NCBI GenBank assembly: GCA_036517175.1
Contig: DATDXQ010000002.1
Coordinates: forward strand, 1 to 62,164
Direction of reading: 5' to 3'
Origin: Minisyncoccota bacterium
GTDB lineage: Bacteria > Patescibacteriota > Minisyncoccia > 2-02-FULL-40-12 > IGHO2-01-FULL-4-A
DNA length: 62,164 nucleotides
Shown here: piece by piece, positions 55,789 to 62,164 of the stretch
How positions within the stretch are numbered: position 1 is the stretch's first letter
Layout: every line of letters starts with the position of its first letter
Program-made: the position numbers and the translations under genes
Notes under the pieces: model-generated
Told to the model about the DNA's origin: nothing
What the model saw: only the letters and a program-made list of their open reading frames with translations
Database searches by the model: none

Positions 55789-56376
55789 TTGGAGAGTGAG
55801 TTCGAGTTAGTCCAGGCACTGAAGAGCGGTAATATGGATGCTTGGGGAATTGTTTACGAAAAACACAGCCGTGCCTTATATGCGTTTATTTCTAGACATT
55901 TGTATTCAAAAAATTCTGCAGATGTTGAGGATATTGTTCAGACGGTATTTATTAGGGGTTTTAAGGTAATTTCTACATTTGAATTAAGATCAAGTCTAAG
56001 GGCTTGGTTGTTTGGAATCGCTAATAAGGTCATGCTTGAATATCGTTCTGGGCGGGCAGGGATTATTGGAAGATCGGGAAATATTTTAGATATCGATGTA
56101 TCTTTGATTGCCGATAAAATAATGGATGATATTTCCAAGACTCCTGAAGCACAAATCTTGAAGCAGGATTTGATAAACGCTCTCTTGAGTGCGATAAAAG
56201 ACTTAGATATTACAGATCAAAATGTTTTGAGGATGAGATATTGGGATGGTATGTCAGGTAAAGATATGGGAACAGAAACATCAAAATCTACAAGGGCTGT
56301 TGTAAACATACTTTTTAAAGCTCGGAGGAAACTTGCTGAAGATAAAAGAATTAGAGCTGCGGTGCAAGCAGTTTAA
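55789..56376 (+). CDS. ECF-type sigma-70 family sigma factor
   Basis: Region 2 (..DIVQTVFIRGF..W.FGIA.N) and a region 4 HTH. TTG start after the AAAAAGGGGGA SD. Confidence 0.7.
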   Translation: MESEFELVQALKSGNMDAWGIVYEKHSRALYAFISRHLYSKNSADVEDIVQTVFIRGFKVISTFELRSSLRAWLFGIANKVMLEYRSGRAGIIGRSGNILDIDVSLIADKIMDDISKTPEAQILKQDLINALLSAIKDLDITDQNVLRMRYWDGMSGKDMGTETSKSTRAVVNILFKARRKLAEDKRIRAAVQAV

Positions 56377-56492
56377 GGTTTTAATTTAAATCACTAAATA
56401 ATGGTGATTTTTTGTTTTAAAATACTTGACTTTTTTATTTTTTTGAAGCAGTATAGTTATGGTTTATTTAAAAATACAAAAAGGGGATTCTT

Positions 56493-57125
56493 GTGGGCGA
56501 TCAATTTAAATACGCAAATGATAGAGAAAAAGACTTGATTGAACGTTGCCAAAAAGGCGACGAAGCTGCTTTTGCTGAAATTTACCAAAGATTTCAAGGC
56601 AAAGTTACGGGTATTATAGTTGGCATTTTACGTGGTCCACATCAAAGAGATATCGAGGATGTTCATCAGAATGTTTTTATCAAAGTTTATAGGTATATCA
56701 ATGCTTTTGATTTTCGCGCATCTCTTACTACGTGGATGTATAGGATTACCGTAAATGAATGTTATGATTTTTTGAGAAAAAGAAAAGTAAGAAGTAAGGT
56801 TATTTACGATAGTGATATTCTAATTGAAAAATTAAGTGATCGTTCGGCGGAATACTTTAGAATTGATTTAGTTCCTGATCATACCAGAAACACACATGAG
56901 GATCTAGCCAATGCTGAGTTGTTACGGCTTGTCTTAGGTAAATTATCCAAAGAAGATCGTGGATTGATTATACTTAAATATCACAGAGGACTTTCTATAG
57001 AAGAATTGGTTGAGATAACTGGTATAAACGAAAATACTATCAAGGTTAAATTGCACAGAATTTGTAAAAAAATTATAAGAAAATTTCCAAAAAGGACTCC
57101 AAGGAGAATCGCTGTTACGGCGTGA
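56493..57125 (+). CDS. ECF-type sigma-70 family sigma factor
   Basis: ..DVHQNVFIKVY..TWMYRITVNECYDFLRK.. and region 4 ..LSIEELVEITGINENTIKVKLHR. GTG start. Confidence 0.75.
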   Translation: MGDQFKYANDREKDLIERCQKGDEAAFAEIYQRFQGKVTGIIVGILRGPHQRDIEDVHQNVFIKVYRYINAFDFRASLTTWMYRITVNECYDFLRKRKVRSKVIYDSDILIEKLSDRSAEYFRIDLVPDHTRNTHEDLANAELLRLVLGKLSKEDRGLIILKYHRGLSIEELVEITGINENTIKVKLHRICKKIIRKFPKRTPRRIAVTA

Positions 57126-57211
57126 GATATCATAAATTTTTATCATCAGCTTGAAGCTGGTGTTTTATTTTAAAATCAAAAGGACCCAAGTTTGGGTCCT
57201 TTTGATTGTTG

Positions 57212-57283
57212 TGGGCGGTATAGGATTCGAACCTATGACCCTCTCAACGTCAATGAGATGCTCTACCACTGAGCTAACCGCCC
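57212..57283 (-). tRNA. tRNA-Val (anticodon GAC)
   Basis: Acceptor GGGCGGT/ACCGCCC, anticodon loop TTGACGT, T-arm ATAGG-TTCGAAT-CCTAT. Confidence 0.9.
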
Positions 57284-57294
57284 CTCTTGTGTAT

Positions 57295-57381
57295 TGGTGC
57301 GGACGAGAGGATTTGAACCTCCAAGCCCTTGCGGGCACTACCACCTCAAGGTAGCGTGTCTGCCAGTTTCACCACGTCCGC
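57295..57381 (-). tRNA. tRNA-Leu (anticodon GAG), long variable arm, CCA encoded
   Basis: Acceptor GCGGACG/CGTCCGC, anticodon arm CTACC-TTGAGGT-GGTAG, variable arm TGCCCGCAAGGGCT. Confidence 0.85.
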
Positions 57382-57801
57382 CTATTTTTCAGTAGTGACT
57401 TTTTGGTTTATTGTGGTTGGTTCTGCTGTGATTTTTTTAGATTTTGTTTGGATCAACTTTGTTTTTTTGCGAGTTTCTCGGGCGCTCTTGGTCCTAAGAT
57501 AATATAGCTTGGAACGGCGAACCTTGGCGCTTCTCATAATCTCAAATTTTTCCACATTCGGCATGTGTATTGGGAAAATCCTCTCAACTCCAATACCGTT
57601 CGAAATCTTGCGTACAGTTATGGTGGCGTTAGGTCCGGAGCCATGTTTGCGTGCTATAACTATACCCTCAAATACCTGAGTTCTTGTTTTATTGCCGTCT
57701 TTTATTTTCTGGTGAACCTTGATCGTTTGGCCAGGTCTAATATCGGGCAATTCTTTGCCAACAGTATTATTAGAATTAAAATATTGAATTAAATTAGTCA
57801 T
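57382..57801 (-). CDS. rplS: 50S ribosomal protein L19
   Basis: ..[23 protein letters not shown]....G...T.TVRKIS.G.GVER.FP. Confidence 0.9.
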   Translation of the reverse strand: MTNLIQYFNSNNTVGKELPDIRPGQTIKVHQKIKDGNKTRTQVFEGIVIARKHGSGPNATITVRKISNGIGVERIFPIHMPNVEKFEIMRSAKVRRSKLYYLRTKSARETRKKTKLIQTKSKKITAEPTTINQKVTTEK

Positions 57802-57817
57802 GTTCGGAAATGTTAGC

Positions 57818-58549
57818 TTAATTTTCTTGTTTTGGCAAGTCTTTTAAAAAGTCATCAAGTTTTGCTGGTAGATCGATCTCTACGCTGATTGCCATACCGG
57901 AGGGCGAAGTAAACGAAAGTTTATTGGCATGTAAAAACATACGACCAAGCTCGGGTGGACATACGGCACGTTTGCCGCTGTAAATTGGATCGCATACTAT
58001 TGGGTAACCCATGGTTTTTGCGTGGACTCTCAATTGGTGGGTGCGGCCTGTTAATGGTCTGAATTCAATGAGGGAATAGTCATTAAATTTTTGTAAAACC
58101 TTGAACTCAGTTATTGCAGATTTCTCTTCAAGATTTTTTTTGCCTTTTATTTTAGTACTTTGTTTTGAGCCGAGTTTACCAAGAGGAATGTCTATTGTGC
58201 CGGAGGATTCCCTTACAATCCCATAAACCAAAGCAAGATAAGTTTTTTTTATTTTTCTTTCCTTGAAAATATTTTTCAGGTAGTTAAAAGAAGACTGGTT
58301 CTTGGCTATCAACAAAAGTCCTGATGTTTCCCTGTCTAAGCGATGAACTATGCCAGGTCTGAGATCTGTCCAGACCCCAACACTATCGCCATAGTTATCC
58401 CGTATTGTAGAAATTTCGGGATGTTTTTCTAGTACCCAACTTACAACACTTTCGCTTTTGTCTTGTCTATTTACCGGATGTGTTAAAAGACCTGAGGGCT
58501 TGTCTATAATTAAAAAATCATCATCTTCGTAAACAATTGGAATGTTCAT
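57818..58549 (-). CDS. RluA-family pseudouridine synthase
   Basis: Catalytic [12 protein letters not shown] and ..HQLRVH. Confidence 0.85.
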   Translation of the reverse strand: MNIPIVYEDDDFLIIDKPSGLLTHPVNRQDKSESVVSWVLEKHPEISTIRDNYGDSVGVWTDLRPGIVHRLDRETSGLLLIAKNQSSFNYLKNIFKERKIKKTYLALVYGIVRESSGTIDIPLGKLGSKQSTKIKGKKNLEEKSAITEFKVLQKFNDYSLIEFRPLTGRTHQLRVHAKTMGYPIVCDPIYSGKRAVCPPELGRMFLHANKLSFTSPSGMAISVEIDLPAKLDDFLKDLPKQEN

Positions 58550-58623
58550 GGTGGGCGCTGAAGGGATCGAATTGAATTGTTTCAGTTCAACCCTATTTGA
58601 TAAATATTTAAGTTTACTTGGTG
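58549..58623 (-). pseudogene. Outer tRNA-Val-like fragment, nt 36 to CCA (degenerate, with a 19-nt hairpin in the T-loop)
   Basis: The minus strand reads CACCAAGTA.. ..TAGGG[TTGAACTGAAACAATTCAA]TTCGATCCCTTCAGCGCCCACCA. The terminal CCA overlaps the rluA-family ATG. Confidence 0.45.
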
Positions 58624-58771
58624 TCCCGTGCAGAGTGGACGGTATAGGATTCGAACCTATGACCTACTCGGTGTAAACGAGTCGCTCTAACCAACTGAGC
58701 TAACCGTCCACTCTGCACGGGATTGCGATTTGTAACCATGCTCGTTTCACTGCGTTTGGACAAATCGGGAA
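58624..58771 (-). other. 148-nt cassette inserted at anticodon position 35/36 of the outer tRNA and carrying an intact tRNA-Val(TAC)
   Basis: Starts TTCCCGATTT and ends CACGGGA. A 19-bp inverted repeat (58625-58643 / 58703-58721) extends the inner acceptor stem. The arms are homologous to 10019-10178. Confidence 0.5.
58636..58709 (-). tRNA. tRNA-Val (anticodon TAC)
   Basis: Acceptor GGACGGT/ACCGTCC, anticodon arm ACTCG-TTTACAC-CGAGT, T-arm ATAGG-TTCGAAT-CCTAT. Confidence 0.9.
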
Positions 58772-58836
58772 TAAACGAGTCGCTTAACCAACTGCCCGCC
58801 AATGGCGGGTCAGCCCCTGGCTGAAGCGAAGCGCGC
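58772..58836 (-). pseudogene. Outer tRNA-Val-like fragment, nt 1-35, with 'module U' at position 12/13
   Basis: The minus strand reads GCGCGCTTCGCT, then [TCAGCC-AGG-GGCTGA CCCGCC-ATT-GGCGGG], then CAGTTGGTTAAGCGACTCGTTTA. Its acceptor half GCGCGCT is complementary (6/7) to AGCGCCC in the 3' fragment at 58553-58559. Confidence 0.5.
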
Positions 58837-58848
58837 TACTTCTTATTC

Positions 58849-58924
58849 TGGTGGGCATGCCTGGATTCGAACCAGGGACCTGTCGCTTATAAGACGACTG
58901 CTCTAACCGCTGAGCTACATGCCC
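58849..58924 (-). tRNA. tRNA-Ile (anticodon TAT), CCA encoded
   Basis: Acceptor GGGCATG/CATGCCC, anticodon arm GTCGT-CTTATAA-GCGAC, T-arm CCTGG-TTCGAAT-CCAGG. Confidence 0.8.
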
Positions 58925-58986
58925 GGAAGTTTTGTTTGATTTCTTGATTAATTTAACAAAAAAGACCGCTCTTCGCAATCTTTTAT

Positions 58987-59655
58987 TTAAAAATGTTTAG
59001 ACATCCAATGAGGTAACCAACCCATGTTAACAATTATATCCTTGGGGCTAACACCTAAATTTTTCCAGTCTGATCGATTCAGTATACCGCTCTCAACGCC
59101 GACGAATCTTACCCCAGCGCCACTTGCTGCTTCCCAATCGACTGAAGAATCACCAACATATATGGTCTGTTCTCTAGAGATTTCTTTGCCGACAAGTTTC
59201 CTTATGATTTCATCGAATGCTCTAGGGTCTGGTTTGTGATATTCCCAATTATCTATCGCTTGCAACAAGTCTGGATTAAAGTAATTAATAATTTCAAGAT
59301 TTTGGAGAAGAGGGAATAATGTTCCGTGTCTACGTGATGTCAATATTCCGATCTCGACTGTTCCTAAATTTCTAAGAAAACTCAAAGTATTGTGCACCCC
59401 ATTTATTAGCGGTTGCGGATGCACAACATCAATTTCCTCCCAGTCTCGAATAAATTGATTGGTGTCTTCTTCCGGCCAGAGTGTTTTAATAATTTGTGAA
59501 GCCTTTTTGCCGTGATGTTTTTCCAGACCTTCGCCTTCGGGTACTACGAGCCCCCTTGACTCGGCAACCCTGTAAAAATTGGTAACTCGCACAGAGTCTA
59601 ATATCGTGCCATCAAAATCAAAAATTACAGCCCCACAGTTTGTTTTAAGTTCCAC
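58987..59655 (-). CDS. HAD-superfamily hydrolase (phosphatase-like)
   Basis: DxDGT motif (VIFDFDGTILDS) and the C-terminal ..YVGDSSVD. Confidence 0.7.
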   Translation of the reverse strand: MELKTNCGAVIFDFDGTILDSVRVTNFYRVAESRGLVVPEGEGLEKHHGKKASQIIKTLWPEEDTNQFIRDWEEIDVVHPQPLINGVHNTLSFLRNLGTVEIGILTSRRHGTLFPLLQNLEIINYFNPDLLQAIDNWEYHKPDPRAFDEIIRKLVGKEISREQTIYVGDSSVDWEAASGAGVRFVGVESGILNRSDWKNLGVSPKDIIVNMGWLPHWMSKHF

Positions 59656-59748
59656 GAAACCTCTTTTTTAAGGTTCTTATAATTTTATGATAGTAACACG
59701 CAGATGAGCGCAATGCCATGGCGCTGTAAGAAAAAACATTTGTTTAAC

Positions 59749-61584
59749 TTATCCGACAAGCGCGTAGAATTCTTTTTGTTCTAAAGTTTCCTTGGAGATA
59801 AGTTCCTTTGCTATGATTTCAAGAGTCGCCATTTTTTTAACTACAACTTCACGCGCCTTTTTGAGTGCCTTTGTAATGAGGCTCTTAACCTCGGTGTCTA
59901 TTTGGAATGCAATTTCATTTGAGTAATTTTTTTCTGTTCCCAACTCTTTACCCAGAAAAACCAATTCTTCTTTTTCCCCGAATGTTATGGGTCCCAACTT
60001 ATCAGACATACCATATTGAGTAACCATTTTGCGAGCCAATTCAGATGCGACCTTTAGATCGTTTGATGCTCCAGTGGTTAGTTCATTGAAGACCACGCGT
60101 TCAGCCGTGTAACCACCCAGTAAAACAGCAAGTTCAGACTCAAATTCAGACTTGCTTCTTAGATGTTTGTCTTCGATGGGTAACTTAAGAGTGTAACCTC
60201 CGGCACGGCCGCGCGAAACAATGGATACCTTGTGTACTGGGTCAGTGTGGGGAAGTGACGCAGCAACCAGAGCGTGGCCAGCTTCGTGATAAGCAGCGAT
60301 CTCTTTTTCTTTTTTGCTGAAAAGATGTGACCTTCGTTCGGGTCCGAGCATAACCTTCTCAATCGCCTGCAGTAGGTTTATTCCGAGGATTTCTTTTTGG
60401 TTTTTACGAGCGGCAAGTATCGCAGCTTCATTGAGAAGATTTGCTAAGTCAGCACCTGAGAATCCTGGAGTGCGTTCCGCTACTAGTCTTAAGTTAACAT
60501 CCTTAGCCATAGGTTTATCTGCTGCATGGATACGCAATATTGCTTCACGATCATTGAGGGATGGTTCATCAAGCACAATACGTCTGTCGAATCTACCAGG
60601 TCGCAATAAGGCCGGGTCCAATATGTCAGGCCTGTTGGTGGCCGCCATGACTATCACTGCATCATTGGTATCGAAGCCATCCATCTCAACTAGTATTTGA
60701 TTTAGTGTTTGTTCGCGCTCATCATGTCCACCACCGAGTCCGGCACCGCGGTGTCGGCCAACCGCATCTATTTCGTCAACAAATATTATTGAAGGAGAAG
60801 TTTTTTTGGCGATCTCAAAGGTGTCCCGTACTCTATTTGCGCCGACACCAACGAACATTTCAACAAATTCAGATCCGGATACAAAGTAAAAAGGGACATT
60901 GGCTTCATTGGCGACAGCTTTAGCGAGAAGAGTCTTGCCGGTGCCCGGAGTTCCAATAAGAAGAATACCCCTGGGCATTCTGGCACCAAGCTTCTTGAAT
61001 TTGTCGGGATCCCTTAAGAACTCTACTACTTCGCTAATTTCTTCTTTGGCCTCTGTTAAGCCAGCGACATCCTTGAAGGTCACTTTTTTCCTACCGCTGC
61101 TGTCACCTGCCAACTTCGCTCTGGTTTTACCAAAACTGAATGCTTGCATAGAACCGCGCTGGGCTTGGCGGAACATAAACCAGAAAAGAAAAACAACAAG
61201 TAGAAATGGGAGTATGATCGGCAATAAGTTAACTAAATAATATCCGAAGCCTGTCTCGTTTTTAATATCTAGATTGACCTGGCTTAGTTTTGTCTTGTCT
61301 GCTCCGAGATTGAGTAAGGATTCACTTACAGATGCACCAGGCTCTCTTTTGGATGTTTCTTTTTGAGCTGGTTCGTCTTCTGATTTATGGATAAGGATTA
61401 TTTCTAGCTGTTCGCCGCGGACAACTATATTTTCAACCTCACCCTTGTTTATTTGAGTTACGAGCTTAGAAAGCGAAATCTCCTCGCTTTTTTGTGAAAA
61501 TGGCGAACTAAATAAGGCAACAAATCCTGACAAAACCAGGAGGATTATAAAAACAATTCCTATGTACTTAAATATATATTTCAT
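59749..61584 (-). CDS. ftsH: ATP-dependent zinc metalloprotease FtsH
   Basis: Walker [14 protein letters not shown], the SRH region and the HEAGHA zinc motif. Confidence 0.9.
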   Translation of the reverse strand: MKYIFKYIGIVFIILLVLSGFVALFSSPFSQKSEEISLSKLVTQINKGEVENIVVRGEQLEIILIHKSEDEPAQKETSKREPGASVSESLLNLGADKTKLSQVNLDIKNETGFGYYLVNLLPIILPFLLVVFLFWFMFRQAQRGSMQAFSFGKTRAKLAGDSSGRKKVTFKDVAGLTEAKEEISEVVEFLRDPDKFKKLGARMPRGILLIGTPGTGKTLLAKAVANEANVPFYFVSGSEFVEMFVGVGANRVRDTFEIAKKTSPSIIFVDEIDAVGRHRGAGLGGGHDEREQTLNQILVEMDGFDTNDAVIVMAATNRPDILDPALLRPGRFDRRIVLDEPSLNDREAILRIHAADKPMAKDVNLRLVAERTPGFSGADLANLLNEAAILAARKNQKEILGINLLQAIEKVMLGPERRSHLFSKKEKEIAAYHEAGHALVAASLPHTDPVHKVSIVSRGRAGGYTLKLPIEDKHLRSKSEFESELAVLLGGYTAERVVFNELTTGASNDLKVASELARKMVTQYGMSDKLGPITFGEKEELVFLGKELGTEKNYSNEIAFQIDTEVKSLITKALKKAREVVVKKMATLEIIAKELISKETLEQKEFYALVG

Positions 61585-61636
61585 TATTGCTAAAAATTAG
61601 CATAAAAAACTTGGTTGAGCAATCTCCAGTTTGCTA

Positions 61637-61665
61637 TTGACTTTTGTCAATATATTTGTTAATAT
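61637..61665 (+). promoter_or_regulatory. Near-consensus sigma-70 promoter in front of the GC-rich ORF
   Basis: TTGACT, 17 nt, TAATAT. An AAGGAG SD lies at 61691-61696. Confidence 0.5.
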
Positions 61666-61701
61666 TAATGGCAAGTAGGTCATTCCCAACAAGGAGTTGA
61701 T

Positions 61702-62164
61702 ATGCAAGAAACAACGGGTTTGCAGCTGGCCCAAATCAGCAGCGAGGTCGGGGTGCCGCGCCAGCGGCAACGCAGGCGCGGCACCCCCAAGAGCAGTGAC
61801 GCGACGGCAACGGCCGTCGTGAGGAAACCTCGTCGGAAGTACCACCATGTGGTGCTCGGCGGGGAGCTCGAGGTATCCGTTGGATACCTCGAGCGGTGGC
61901 AACCTGTTGAGAGGGCGGATCGCTACGGAAACGTGGAACGTTTCCGGGAGCGGCTCCGTGATGAGGACGGCTTCACCTCTTCCCATTGGGTTGAGGTGGA
62001 GCGGCGTACTGTGGACAGCAGTGCGAATATTCGCTTCGCGGTGGACGAGTTTCCGCTGCTCCCGACTTCTGTGTGGCTCGGCCGCGACGGCCGGCCGCGC
62101 TGGACTCTGCCCGGACCGACCGGTCCGGCGACGCCGAATCCTATCGAGTGGGTTCGGCCGGTTC
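61702..62164 (+). CDS. Partial (3'-truncated by the window end) GC-rich hypothetical protein
   Basis: Open frame from the ATG at 61702 to the window end. Hand translation gives MQETTGLQLAQISSEVGVPRQRQRRRGTPK..GYLERWQPVERADRYGNVERFRERLRDEDG.. The AAGGAG SD lies 5 nt upstream. The ORF is absent from the track because no stop is reached. Confidence 0.6.
   Translation, partial: MQETTGLQLAQISSEVGVPRQRQRRRGTPKSSDATATAVVRKPRRKYHHVVLGGELEVSVGYLERWQPVERADRYGNVERFRERLRDEDGFTSSHWVEVERRTVDSSANIRFAVDEFPLLPTSVWLGRDGRPRWTLPGPTGPATPNPIEWVRPV

Noticed and set aside
61597-61986. 129-aa minus-strand ORF at the window end
   Set aside because: It is an antisense shadow frame of the GC-rich plus-strand ORF, which has a promoter and SD. 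It has no start signals and would begin inside the other gene.

Overview
Low-GC, gene-dense bacterial DNA that looks like a small-genome Patescibacteria/CPR lineage. Evidence for this: a 16S rRNA interrupted by a LAGLIDADG-encoding insertion, an unlinked 16S, split transketolase, sortase plus PT-rich surface proteins, and a PrgI/VirB4 cluster. The standard genetic code applies (TGA is used as a stop).

Contents:
- The 3' end of an orphan 16S gene.
- Housekeeping genes: gap, split tkt, pcrA, rsmA, lnt, PBP1A, tyrS, ruvC/yebC/ruvB, pilB-like ATPase, nusA, tig, nifS-like, rplS, ftsH.
- The classical origin neighbourhood: rpmH-rnpA-yidD-yidC-jag diverging from dnaA-dnaN.
- A roughly 9.6 kb type-IV-secretion-like cluster (15187-24801).
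- A sortase/CAP/giant adhesin cluster.
- Ten tRNA genes.

The most unusual signal is at the tRNA loci. Functional-looking tRNAs sit inside or next to fragments of older tRNA copies. Those fragments are broken at fixed tRNA coordinates (12/13, 35/36, about 54/55) by small, conserved, covarying modules. In two cases a complete tRNA sits inside the anticodon loop of another tRNA.

Two visibly GC-rich, foreign-looking cassettes with consensus AT-rich promoters are also present (8549-9171 and 61637-62164). So are a triple perfect DnaA-box cluster 25 kb from dnaA and a candidate structured ncRNA.

All product calls rest on motif recognition by eye in the supplied translations. No searches or folding programs were run.
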